Assembly: GCA_964016885.1 (NCBI GenBank)
Contig: OZ024750.1
Location: 53,382,001-53,446,000 of the forward strand
DNA from: Eledone cirrhosa
Lineage: Eukaryota
Length of the DNA stretch: 64,000 nt
Direction of reading: 5' to 3'
The notes beneath the pieces are model-generated. The model saw only the letters and a list, made by a program, of their open reading frames with translations, was not told where the DNA came from and did not search any database. A program made the position numbers and the translations under genes. Positions 13,312-26,134 of this stretch are shown piece after piece. Numbering within the stretch: the first letter of the stretch is position 1; every line of letters starts with the position of its first letter.

Positions 13312-13897
13312 TACCCTAAGGTGAACATTATTAAATCCACCTGTTTTTCATTTGTTGCTCTTTTTTTTCTTCCTTTTATTTATTTCTATCTTTGTTTCTC
13401 TTTCCTTGTTTGTTTGTTTGTTTCTTTTTGTTTTCTTCCCTTCTTTATTACTTTCCCTTCTCATCTTATTTCTTTCCTTCTTTATTTTATTTTTGTTACT
13501 TAATTAGAAATGGGAAGTAGAATTACTCTTGTAAAAATATGTGATGTCAATTAGTGTTGGGTGGGAAGTGCGTGGAGGGTAGGGAGAGAGTGTGGAAGGT
13601 AGGAAGGGGAGAGAGAGTGTGAAGGGGTGGGGAAGGGGAGAGGGTGTGGGAGTAGCAAGGGGGAGAGAGAAGAAGTAGGAGGTAAGGTGAGAGTGATAAT
13701 GTGAGTACATAATTCCCTGGAGTATGGGGGAATTATTGATTCTGCCATCAGTGTGGTGGTGATATAGCACTCCATTATATACAGGTGATATAAGAGGTGC
13801 TAGGACACCTGTTATAATGTACTGCTAGCAACCTTGCACTCATTCTTAGTAAATACAACTTTTTAAATTCTAATTTATATTCTTTCGAAAAACAGCT

Positions 13898-13978
13898 GCA
13901 ATTGCAGTGATTCTGCACAATTGCAGTGATTCTGCACAATTGCAGTGATTCTGCACAATTGCAGTGATTCTGCACAAT
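13898..13978. repeat. 19-bp tandem repeat x4
   Basis: attgcagtgattctgcaca repeated four times. Confidence 0.9.
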
Positions 13979-14130
13979 TTTCTATTATAATATAATTTTT
14001 ATTCTCTTGTTTTTACTGCAGTAAACTTTCTTTACTTCTTTCTTTACTTCTTTCTTTACTTCTTTTCTCTTTCTCTTCTTTATTTCTTCGATGATGATTA
14101 TTGTTGTTATTATAATCATCATCACAATAA

Positions 14131-14345
14131 AGGCGGTAGATTGTCAGTATCGAGAGTCGGGCACCATGCTTTGCAGCATAGAGTTACGGTCCTTTACAGT
14201 CTGAATTCAAATCCCACCAAGGCTAACTTTGACTTTCATCCTTATGGGGGTCGATAAAATAAAGTACCAGTAATGTACTGGGGTCATTTTATTCAACTTC
14301 CCCTCCTTCCAGATAACTGGCCTTGTGCCTGTACTAGAAATCATT
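14131..14345 (+). mobile_element. tRNA-derived SINE (abundant family in this window)
   Basis: ggcggt...tctgaattcaaatccc (B-box-like)...ctttcatccttatgggggtcgataaaataaagtaccagt...ggccttgtgcc. More than 12 related copies or fragments occur in the window. Confidence 0.8.
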
Positions 14346-14391
14346 AATCATCACAATCATTATACCATCACAACCAACACTACTTCCACTC

Positions 14392-14680
14392 CTATCACCC
14401 CCCCCCCTATCACCCCACCACCCCCACCCCTATCACCACCACCACCACTCCTATCACCACCACCATCCCTATCACCACCACCACCCCTATCACCACCACC
14501 ACCCCTATCACCACCACCACCACTACCACTATCACCACGACCACCACCACCACCACCACCACCACCACCACCACCACCATCATCATCACCACCATCACCA
14601 CCATCATCATCACCACTACCATCACCACCATCACCACCACCATCATCATCATCACCACTACCATCACCACTATCACCAAG
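14392..14680. repeat. (CCA/TCA)n low-complexity microsatellite
   Basis: Directly visible trinucleotide tract. Confidence 0.9.
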
Positions 14681-14884
14681 ACCATTATTATTTTTGAAAT
14701 TTCTTAATAGGTTTTTATTTTATAGTTTATATTTATCTTTCCAGCAGTATTTGATGTGAATAAGTTGACAGATCTGATCTTAGCTGAATATCTCTATGAA
14801 ATAATTAAGCTCCTTAGGATTTATACTTGTAATTAATCCTAATTCACTCACACCATACAGTCAGTGTATTGTTGTAGATATATG

Positions 14885-15190
14885 TAGGTTTAACTGGTCT
14901 ACAATGAGCTTGTATCTCATAGCAGGTTTCTAGGAGATGTTTTAATGATAGGGGCCAAAGTTATACCAGGAAAGGAACAGCTCACATTTATATGCTGGTT
15001 TAGCTGGTCTCATACGCAGTTGTATCTCATAGGATGTTTTGGGGGCATTTTAATGACACTGCCTCTAGTCTTATCATGAAAAAAACAGCTTACACCTGTG
15101 TAGGTTGGGCCAACCTCTATTGCATTTCATAGGTTTCTAGAGTGTTTTGATGACTTGGTCTCTATTCCTATCATTAAAATATTAGCTCAC
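14885..15190. repeat. Degenerate ~110-bp tandem repeat (3 units); relative at ~53010-53207
   Basis: Recurrent motifs ggttta(a/g)ctggtct, ttgtatctcatag, gttttaatga, acagctcaca. Confidence 0.6.
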
Positions 15191-18120
15191 ATCTTGTGCA
15201 ATGCACCAGTCTATCCAGGAATATTAGCTCACATCTTGTGCAATGCACCAGTCTATCCAGGAATATTAGCTCACATCTTGTGCAATGCACCAGTCTATCC
15301 AGGAATATTAGCTCACATCTTGTGCAATGCAGCAGTCTATCCAGGAATATTAGCTCACATCTTGTGCAATGCACCAGTCTATCCAGGAATATTAGCTCAC
15401 ATCTTGTGCAATGCACCAGTCTATCCAGGAATATTAGCTCACATCTTGTGCAATGCACCAGTCTATCCAGGAATATTAGCTCACATCTTGTGCAATGCAC
15501 CAGTCTATCCAGGAATATTAGCTCACATCTTGTGCAATGCACCAGTCTATCCAGGAATATTAGCTCACATCTTGTGCAATGCACCAGTCTATCCAGGAAT
15601 ATTAGCTCACATCTTGTGCAATGCAGCAGTCTATCCAGGAATATTAGCTCACATCTTGTGCAATGCACCAGTCTATCCAGGAATATTAGCTCACATCTTG
15701 TGCAATGCACCAGTCTATCCAGGAATATTAGCTCGCATATTGTGCAATGCACCAGTCTATCAAGGAATATTAGCTCACATCTTGTGCAATGCAGCAGTCT
15801 ATCCAGGAATATTAGCTCACATCTTGTGCAATGCACCAGTCTATCAAGGAATATTAGCTCACATCTTGTGCAATGCAGCAGTCTATCCAGGAATATTAGC
15901 TCACATCTTGTGCAATGCACCAGTCTATCCAGGAATATTAGCTCACATCTTGTGCAATGCACCAGTCTATCAAGGAATATTAGCTCGCATATTGTGCAAT
16001 GCACCAGTCTATCAAGGAATATTAGCTCACATCTTGTGCAATGCACCAGTCTATCCAGGAATATTAGCTCACATCTTGTGCAATGCACCAGTCTATCCAG
16101 GAATATTAGCTCACATCTTGTGCAATGCACCAGTCTATCCAGGAATATTAGCTCACATCTTGTGCAATGCACCAGTCTATCCAGGAATATTAGCTCACAT
16201 CTTGTGCAATGCACCAGTCTATCCAGGAATATTAGCTCACATCTTGTGCAATGCACCAGTCTATCCAGGAATATTAGCTCACATCTTGTGCAATGCACCA
16301 GTCTATCCAGGAATATTAGCTCACATCTTGTGCAATGCAGCAGTCTATCCAGGAATATTAGCTCACATCTTGTGCAATGCACCAGTCTATCCAGGAATAT
16401 TAGCTCACATCTTGTGCAATGCACCAGTCTATCCAGGAATATTAGCTCACATCTTGTGCAATGCACCAGTCTATCCAGGAATATTAGCTCACATCTTGTG
16501 TAATGCACCAGTCTATCCAGGAATATTAGCTCACATCTTGTGCAATGCACCAGTCTATCCAGGAATATTAGCTCACATCTTGTGCAATGCACCAGTCTAT
16601 CCAGGAATATTAGCTCACATCTTGTGCAATGCACCAGTCTATCCAGGAATATTAGCTCACATCTTGTGTAATGCACCAGTCTATCCAGGAATATTAGCTC
16701 ACATCTTGTGCAATGCACCAGTCTATCCAGGAATATTAGCTCACATCTTGTGCAATGCACCAGTCTATCCAGGAATATTAGCTCACATCTTGTGCAATGC
16801 AGCAGTCTATCCAGGAATATTAGCTCACATCTTGTGTAATGCACCAGTCTATCCAGGAATATTAGCTCACATCTTGTGCAATGCACCAGTCTATCCAGGA
16901 ATATTAGCTCACATCTTGTGCAATGCACCAGTCTATCCAGGAATATTAGCTCACATCTTGTGCAATGCAGCAGTCTATCCAGGAATATTAGCTCACATCT
17001 TGTGCAATGCACCAGTCTATCCAGGAATATTAGCTCACATCTTGTGCAATGCACCAGTCTATCTAGGAATATTAGCTCACATCTTGTGCAATGCACCAGT
17101 CTATCCAGGAATATTAGCTCACATCTTGTGCAATGCACCAGTCTATCCAGGAATATTAGCTCACATCTTGTGCAATGCACCAGTCTATCCAGGAATATTA
17201 GCTCACATCTTGTGCAATGCACCAGTCTATCCAGGAATATTAGCTCACATCTTGTGCAATGCACCAGTCTATCCAGGAATATTAGCTCACATCTTGTGCA
17301 ATGCACCAGTCCATCTAGGAATATTAGCTCACATCTTGTGTAATGCAGCAGTCTATCCAGGAATATTAGCTCACATCTTGTGTAATGCAGCAGTCTATCC
17401 AGGAATATTAGCTCACATCTTGTGTAATGCACCAGTCTATCCAGGAATATTAGCTCACATCTTGTGTAATGCACCAGTCTATCCAGGAATATTAGCTCAC
17501 ATCTTGTGCAATGCACCAGTCTATCCAGGAATATTAGCTCACATCTTGTGCAATGCACCAGTCTATCCAGGAATATTAGCTCACATCTTGTGCAATGCAC
17601 CAGTCCATCTAGGAATATTAGCTCACATCTTGTGCAATGCACCAGTCCATCTAGGAATATTAGCTCACATCTTGTGCAATGCACCAGTCCATCCAGGAAT
17701 ATTAGCTCACATCTTGTGCAATGCACCAGTCTATCCAGGAATATTAGCTCACATCTTGTGTAATGCACCAGTCCATCTAGGAATATTAGCTCACATCTTG
17801 TGCAATGCACCACTCTATCCAGGAATATTAGCTCACATCTTGTGCAATCCACCAGTCCATCTAGGAATATTAGCTCACATCTTGTGCAATGCACCAGTCC
17901 ATCCTGGAATATTAGCTCACATCTTGTGCAATGCACCAGTCTATCCAGGAATATTAGCTCACATCTTGTGTAATGCACCAGTCCATCTAGGAATATTAGC
18001 TCACATCTTGTGCAATGCACCACTCTATCCAGGAATATTAGCTCACATTTTGTGCAATGCACCAGTCCATCTAGGAATATTAGCTCACATCTTGTGCAAT
18101 GTACCAGTCCATCTAGGAAT
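15178..18120. repeat. 42-bp minisatellite, array 2 (~70 units)
   Basis: Same unit as 7886-9344 and the same ~100-bp right flank. Confidence 0.97.
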
Positions 18121-18295
18121 CAAACCCACAACGTTATGGTTGTAAGTTCAACACTTTAAACACAGGCCATGTACCTTAACAAACCATTCACCTGCTTTCC
18201 TTGTAGTAGATTATAAAGGGGGAAATTGTAGATTTGGATTGTCTTTCTTAAATCTACTTTGTACTATATACTGTTGCTGCTTTCAGTCATTAGAT

Positions 18296-18365
18296 TACAC
18301 ACACACACAGTGATGGCCACACACACACACAGTGATGGCCACACACACACACAGTGATGGCCACT

Positions 18366-18433
<68 letters not shown>

Positions 18434-18666
18434 GATGGCCATACACACACACACACAGTGATGGCTATACACACACATGTGATGGCCATACACACACATG
18501 TGATGGCCATACACACACATGTGATGGCCATACACACATACGTGGTGGGCACACACACATGATGGCCACACCCACACACATGATGGCCACAGCCACACAT
18601 GATGGGCACACCCACACACATGATGGCCATACACACACACAAACACGTGATGGGCACCCACACACA
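18296..18666. repeat. Compound (CA)n / gtgatggcca minisatellite
   Basis: (CA)n runs separated by the (g)tgatggcca motif. Confidence 0.9.
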
Positions 18667-19213
18667 TGGTGGGCTTCCACACTGTTTCTGTTTATGTAAA
18701 TTCACTCTGGTAAATAGCAGCTGCCACACAAGTGAACCTGTTAACCATTCAATGGTGAGCAGCCAATGTGGCTCACAGTAGAATTGAAGTCCCTGAAACC
18801 ATGTTTAGCACAAACATATAGAAATACATTTAAATGTTGTTTATCATTTGGTGATTGTATCGATGACTAAAGTTTAGACATACTCTGTCTTTGACTAATA
18901 GGTCCTCTGTCAAAGGTCGTAGAATGTGATATAAAACAGATTTGGTTGCCATTCTTAGCATTTTTTGTGACTATATAGAGGCTCCCTGGTGGATTTGTAC
19001 ATAAGAATGTATTTTTGTAGGCATGTAGGCCCAGGTCAGTTCTGAGTAGACTTCTGTGTTTTGTTTATGATCATACCATCTTTCATTCAGGCATAGTGCA
19101 ACTTGGAGTACATTCTCCAATGAGTTCTTTTTAAAAATTACTTGCATGTGATTTTTAGCAAGTTCTATGACTATGTAAAGCAGTGTCCCAACGACCCCCC
19201 AAAAAGGGTAGGG

Positions 19214-19505
19214 CAGTGTTTCTCAACCATTTCTTCCTTGTGCCCCATTTTTGGTGTCAAAATAATGTCAGTCCCACATAAATACAAATAGTAATTTCAA
19301 CAAAAGTAAAATATAATTTACTATAAAACATTGAAAATTTTATTTAAATAATTTCTGAATTATTTGCCTTTAAAAATAAAGTAAAGCAGTTTGTGTTTTC
19401 ATAATTTTATGCCAGTGAAAAAACAAAATTAAAGCCCAACAATTTTCATTGGGCCAACTCCAGCCCCATTTTAAACATTTCTCACGTCCACGTTGAGAAT
19501 CACTG
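19214..19505. mobile_element. hAT-like MITE
   Basis: TIRs CAGTGTTTCTCAAC ... GTTGAGAATCACTG. Right two-thirds repeated at 62325-62544. TSD not recognisable. Confidence 0.75.
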
Positions 19506-19526
19506 ATGTTGGTTCAGACATATAAT

Positions 19527-20483
19527 ACTAGACATGAAAAATGCGCAAGCTCAAAAGTGCCACAGAATGTTATAATAAACCTTCAAAAGTGTGGGACTAG
19601 AGTTGTTGCTAAAAAATATTGTAATCATTATATATCGTACATTCTGTGGCATCCTTTATAAAAATAGCTTAAACCAACGAAGCCTTTATTTTTACGCTAT
19701 TTCACTTAGTTAATTCTTAGAGTGTAACATATAAAAATATGATTTACAACTATAAAATAAATTAATTAATATAATAACAGAGCTGCGGAGCTGAAATTTA
19801 GGAAATAAGGGAATATCGGATCCTGAGTTGGAGCCAGTCAATTTTTGGCCGACTCCGCAGCCCTGTATAATACATTTCATATTAAAGTTATTAATAAACC
19901 TATTTTACACTGCATGCAAATTACCATGAGATATTGATATTAGATATAAGATACAGCGCAATATCTACAGCTGTAAAAGTACGAAAGCGAAGTAATAATA
20001 AGTGGCTTAAGGTAATTCCAATATGAAAGTTTGTAGTGATAAAAATTTGATAATGCAATACGATTGTTAATATTATAGTTCTATGAAAATGTAACAATAG
20101 ATAACTAAATTATTTTACTATTAGTATATTTAAGAAATTATCATTATAGATTTGATCGTTCATATAAGCATCATATTAAGTTTCAACACAATTATTTTGT
20201 TACTATGAGTATATGATAATAATATTACGTAATTATTTATAGCTGTTATTACATTAAACATAGATGTATTTATTTTTATATGTTACACTCTAAGAATTAA
20301 CTAAGTGAAATAGCGTAAAAATAAAGGCTTCGTTGGTTTAAGCTATTTTTATAAAGGATGCCACAGAATGTACGATATATAATGATTACAATATTTTTTA
20401 GCAACAACTCTAGTCCCACACTTTTGAAGGTTTATTATAACATTCTGTGGCACTTTTGAGCTTGCGCATTTTTCATGTCTAGT
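19527..20483. repeat. 213-bp apparently perfect inverted repeat (19527-19739 / 20271-20483) with 531-bp spacer; unclassified foldback/TIR element
   Basis: Arms read as exact reverse complements by eye. Ends are ACTAGACATG...CATGTCTAGT. Confidence 0.9.
19778..19865. mobile_element. 88-bp hAT-like mini-MITE inside the inverted-repeat spacer
   Basis: CAGAGCTGCGGAG ... CTCCGCAGCCCTG termini; 8-bp flanks tataataa / tataatac. Confidence 0.6.
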
Positions 20484-21672
20484 TTAATATTTTTTTAAGG
20501 CAACGCTTGTAATAACTCTAGTTAAAGAGGATATATATTAATAATAAATTATCGTTGTAATGTAATTAGATTATGTAATTGTTATTATAAATTATCTTAT
20601 AAATATTAGTGTAAGATGTATAAAAATATTTTCAGACTTTTAATATAAACAACTACAAAAAACAATCAATATTAAATCAATATATTATACATAATAGAAA
20701 ACATAAAATATACAATACAAAAACAAAATATTTACATACAATTGCAATTATCAGTGTATATACATTTTCTTTATATTCCCTGAGCAAATTAATAAGATTT
20801 GTTTTTATTGTACATAATTTGATGACTTGTTGGAGTGTATTAAAAGATAGCAACAATTTGTGATTAAATTGTTATCTTAAGCAACTCACTTTTTAATAGT
20901 TGTTGGCTGAGCGAAATTGTAAAAGCCTATGAGCAAATATAAAAAAAAATACACAAACAACATTTCCTTGTGTTATTACAACATTAGATAAAATAATTGA
21001 GCAATGTCGTTATATTTTGCTCTTATTGCACATTAATAGTGTTTCTATTTTTCGGCACAAATCCATTACGGCAGTCCATTACTGGTACTTTATTTTATCG
21101 AATTAGTAAGTATGAAAGTCGAAGTTAACCTCGGCAGGATTTGAACTTAGAATGCAAAGGACCATAACAATACTGCAAAGCATGGTGTCTGACGCTCTAC
21201 CAATACTTGTGTTGAGCTGGTCATTAATTTATGGTGGTCGTGCGTGGAGTAGAGCAATCGCTAGTTGAAATATGAACAAAACATTTTTATTTGCCGAAGA
21301 ACATATTTTCAATACTGTTTGTGAATGTGACGAAGGAAATACATTCTGATATGGAACAGTGTACAAGGTGTGTCTGTGAATAACATAATGTTACCTCATG
21401 TTGTTGTCAAGACATAATGGATTTCGTATATCCAGTTAGAAGATGAAACCTAGCCATCTCGGATTAGTTATATTTCATGCCATGTGTAAACGTGTTTGAG
21501 GATAGCAAAATATGCGTGTTTCTTGTCTGGAAACTTTCTGCTAAACTGATTGGTTTCGTTTTTGGCACTATACAATACTCATCCAACAGATAGCTGTATT
21601 GGATCCTTGATTGGTTAATATTTAGGTGAGGGTGCTTGATGCAGAGTTAGTGCAAAATGGATCAATGAGTGT

Positions 21673-22326
21673 AATAATAATAATGATAATAATAATGAAA
21701 ATATTGTGTACAATGCTGAGGTGCACTACAACTCATCAAAAGTGCATATATAATACATAGGGTAATATAAAAACGTCAGGAAAAAAGAACAGTGCATGAG
21801 TCATGATATACACATATGTGCATGTGTATGGAAGGGGGACATCAGGTGTAGTTTTGGTGTATTTCGGAATGTATGATGGTTTTAAAGGATGCAGTGTGTC
21901 ATCAGCTAACAACTGATGCAGGAAGTTTGTTCCATCCTTCAGCAACTCTGAGCATGAAGAAATATTTCCTAAAGTCATGGGAGCTGTGTTGTTTTCTGAC
22001 TTTGTAGGCATGTCCACGTGTTAGACACATGGAGATCAAAAAGGTGTTCGGGGTTGTTGTTGGTCGGATGGTTAATAACTTTGTGGGTGTTTACCAAGTC
22101 CATTGCCAGAGGGAAGCAAAATATTCAGGGTATGGTAGGTGTCTGATGGAGGGTATGCGCTTGGTTGCATGTCTCTGAACAGTTTCCAGGAGGTCAATGT
22201 TCTGAGCAAGATAGGGGTTCCAGACTGATGACGCGAACTCCAAGTGTATTCGTACCATAGATGTATACAGCTTTAAATAGATGGCTGGAGAGCAGCTAAT
22301 GAAGGTCTTGCTGATTGATGCCAAGT
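21673..22326 (-). mobile_element. 5'-truncated CR1-type LINE 3' fragment
   Basis: Reads YLKLYTSMVRIHLEFASSVWNPYLAQNIDLLETVQRHATKRIPSIRHLPY (CR1 C-terminal region). (TTA)n tail at 21673-21695 on the minus strand. Confidence 0.8.
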
Positions 22327-22510
22327 CAATCTTAATAAATTGACTGATTTATCTGTTCACTACTGCTAATCCACCGCTGTTTGTACAATTTTTTAGATAA
22401 TGTCAATTTGAGCTTGAATCATTGGCGTAATGAAATTTGAAAAGATTATAAGCAAATCTTTTTTAAAATACACAGACAACATTTAACTGTATCGTTGCAA
22501 CATTAGATCT

Positions 22511-22690
22511 AATAATTGTTTCTACTTTAGGCACAAGGCCAGCAATTACCCAGTGCATTACTGGTACTTTATTTTATCTACCCCGTAAGGATGAAAGGCA
22601 AAGTCAACCTCGGCAGGATTTGAACTCAGATCGTAAAGGGACGTAACTATGCTGGAAAGCATGGCATCCGACCCTCTACCAATACTGCCA
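22511..22690 (-). mobile_element. tRNA-derived SINE copy
   Basis: Near-identical to 52129-52312. Confidence 0.85.
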
Positions 22691-22711
22691 AAATAATGGA
22701 GCAACATTTGT

Positions 22712-23182
22712 GCAGAATTATTGTTTGTGCAATAAGATATTTGCAGATCTGTACTCGGTCTGCTCTTTAGCCAACTGGGTACGTTTAGAAGCTCTACGCT
22801 AGGCTTGCTTTTGAGATATAATAGCTGAATTTGCAGATCTATACTTGGCCTGCTTGTTTGCCAACTCATACCGTTTTGAACATCTATACTTGGCCTGTTT
22901 TTGTGTTAATTTAGCAAAATTCACAGCTCTATAATCGGCCTGTTTTTGTCTCAACTTCTCCCGATTCCGCATCCGGTAAGCTGCTTTCACATCCAATTTA
23001 ATACGCCCATCTAGATTATTAGCACAGGAATGTGAACAAGCTTGTGGGACCGCATCATTGTAAGTATATGAACTGCCTGCAAAATCAAGACCCAATTCAC
23101 AAGTGCAGCGTTGCTCATTCACATCGGCAGTGGGGACACCAAAATCAGTGACAGGTCTCGATTCACTCGCGAGATACATCAC
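22712..23182 (-). pseudogene. Relic ORF with six 15-aa basic repeats (KQAxYRxxN), probably transposon-derived
   Basis: The repeat register continues through a TAG (22799-22801) that replaces the conserved Tyr. Confidence 0.45.
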
Positions 23183-23208
23183 AGCTACACTATATATTTA
23201 AACATATA

Positions 23209-23270
23209 TACAGTGATACCTCGCTACTTGGCGGTTCAACTATCGCGGATTCACGATTTCGCGCAGTTTT
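23209..23270 (+). mobile_element. Left end of a pogo/Tigger-like element
   Basis: TA|CAGTGATACCTCGCTACTTGGCGGTTCAACTATCGCGGATTCACGATTTCGCG resembles a Tigger-type TIR. Partner end not found. Confidence 0.45.
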
Positions 23271-23348
23271 AGAATATATATATGAACACCTAAAATTTTT
23301 CATTAAATCCATTAAAATATTAATAATAAACACAGTTCTAATCATACG

Positions 23349-23405
<57 letters not shown>

Positions 23406-23493
23406 TAAGTAATTAATACCGTATAAATGGTACAAAGACTGTTTATGTAAAATGTATTTCTCAACAGAGTATTGAATACTTAGGAGAAATTCA

Positions 23494-23703
23494 AAACGAA
23501 GAGTGATAAAATTTCAAGCAAAGAGTTTAATTAGGTAATGACTTACAAATTTGTTTCAGTATATAGACAAAGCCTGAAGCGCTAATTATAATAATTAGTT
23601 AATAATATTACAAAATATATTAATATTATATTAAATATATACTGAAACAAATTTGTAAGTCATTACCTAATTAAACTCTTTGCTTGAAATGTTATCATTC
23701 TTC

Positions 23704-23707
<4 letters not shown>
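23494..23707. repeat. 72-bp inverted repeat with 70-bp AT-rich loop
   Basis: 23494-23565 versus 23636-23707, two mismatches. Confidence 0.88.
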
Positions 23708-23782
<75 letters not shown>

Positions 23783-24553
23783 TTTATCTAGTCCTTCGCT
23801 CAAGATTAATCTATAAGTTTAGATGTCTGCCTTCGTTTAAGTAAATATTACAGTAAGATTTTTAATATAAACAACTACAAAAAACAATTAATATTAAAAC
23901 GAAAAAATTATCAATGATAAAAGAAGCGGATGCAACTTTTTTTTTTATAAAGTTATATTCCTGTTTCTTTAAAGAACATTTCATTTTTGTTATATTGTAG
24001 GCGAAATAATGCAATGGTTTAATAGGGAAGATATAACTTACGAATTATGTCTCTAACCGTGTAACGCTTTTTAAGTAGATAACTACAATTGAAAATACTA
24101 AAGAAATGGAACCAACAATTCAATTTGAAAGTCGTCTACTTATAGTGACAGTGTATTACTGGTACTTTATTTTATCGACCCCGTAACGATGAAATGCAAA
24201 TGCTTAAAATTTAAATTGCCTTAATTCTATCGTCTGCTGTTTCATTAAAGGGAGATTCTCGTCTGTATTTAATTCTATCGTCTACTGTTCCACTAAACAG
24301 ATATACCTCCACTATCGTCTCTATTTATACATTTTAACTTATAACTTATACACATTTGATTTGAAATATTTTATCTAGTCCCCCCTCTCAATATTATGAT
24401 GATTTCTTTCGAATGAAACAGTTCTAGTCCTGTAGAAGCCATTTATATATATAATTGAACTGAGTTAAAAATTCACAATATTTATAATTAAATAAGCTCA
24501 TATATATATGTGTGTATTTATCTGTTTATTGTATTATATATAATGTGTGTATA

Positions 24554-24665
24554 TACAGGATGTCCCCCAAAAATATATACACACTTCAACAGCATTCTAA
24601 TAACTATTGCCTGTACAGGTAATCAAAGTGTCAATCGAATGTTAGTTTCGTGTTTTAACAGTACA
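24554..24665 (+). mobile_element. Left end of a Tc1/mariner-like MITE
   Basis: TA|CAGGATGTCCCCCAAAA...cacttcaacagcattctaata; same family as 49356-49437. Confidence 0.55.
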
Positions 24666-26134
24666 AATTTACAATACACACATAAAACCAGTGTATATAC
24701 ATACATGAGTGTGTATACACATACATGAATGTGTATATACAATATATATGTATATATATATAGACACATATATTCACGGTGCAACGGTACATTAAAATAT
24801 AGATGCGGGAGAGGGGGGGTGTATATATAGGGGCGCTGGGGATAAAGGAGTGTAAAGCGTGTGTAATTGATATATTGAAGGAGAGGAGCGTGCAGCGATA
24901 GAGTAACAAATATATAGAGAGGGGGAGAGATGGTATTGAAGGGGAGGAGTGCAAAGCGAAAGAGTAAGAGAGATATATATATAGAGACGGAACAGATAGA
25001 GAGAAACAGGCGTAAGTAACAGTGGAAGAGATATATAGAGAGGGGGAAATGTGTTATTGAAGGGGAGGAGTGTAAAGCGAAAGCGTAAGATATATATAGA
25101 GAGAGGGGGAATAGTATATATATATATATATATCAACACTTACTCTGATTGGTTGAAAATTAGCCAATGACATACGATCACCACCACCACGGCTATCCCC
25201 GAAAAATTTATGAAGATGTTAGGCATATATGTTAGAACACGAAAAGTGAACATTCTGTTGTTTCACACTTTTCGTGTTCTAACAGATGAATGTATTACTA
25301 TGGACATGTAGTTTTAATCTTAGGTCTGGCTCAATAATGTAGAGCTTTCATTAAAACTGTTCTAGTATTTCAGACATAGTGTATCAAGGATTAGATTATC
25401 CAATGTGTTTTTAAGTTAGTGGCATGTGCTTTAAAACTTTTGAAACCAAACTGCTCCAACTTATGTAACACTAAACTTTATTTTAAAGTGTTTATATTTA
25501 TATCAAAATCTTCCCATCCTAATTTTATTTGAGAACCTTTGTTAAGCTATGTTTCAAGCATCAATTTAATAATTGTTTCTACTTTAGGCACAAGGCCAGC
25601 AATTACCCAGTGCATTACTTTAATAATGAAGATAGATAGGCTACTGAATCCCTCCAAAATCTTGATATTTTAAAGATGTTTTTCATTAGAAATATGGTAA
25701 TGGAAGGGTTACATTTTATTTAGCTGTTATTTCTAGCATATTGAGTGACCGTATAGAAGTGGTCAGTCATCTGTGATTGAGGTACTCCAGTTGTGATCAT
25801 CCTAGTGTTGTATCCATTATTCTTAAGATGGTAAGCATGTGACAGATAAAGAATATTTGGCTGCTGTTTCTAACATGTTTAGTTACCATATAGAGACTGT
25901 CTGGGTGGCTTTGGTGTGGATATGGAAATATGAATGGAAGATGGTGGAATGGGAGATTTTGTAGCAGAAGTGACTGTTGTTAGTAACTGACCTGATGATG
26001 GCATCTCAACCAGATGAGATGAGTCAGGCTTGAGATGTCTGGAAATAGATTGTTTTACACAGACATCTGTTGATCTGTTATTACAATAGATGTCTAAAAC
26101 CAAATAATAATAAAGACATTGGTAATGCTAGAAA

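Noticed and set aside
14131-14230. Possible tRNA genes (A/B-box-like motifs, many copies)
   Set aside because: These are SINE heads followed by the shared SINE body, and no cloverleaf can be supported.
15155-18145. 996-aa and 962-aa ORFs (and the 323-aa ORFs at 7855-8861) with 14-aa repeats
   Set aside because: These are translations of a 42-bp satellite whose length is a multiple of 3. They are open in several frames on both strands, intronic, and show no sign of codon-level selection.
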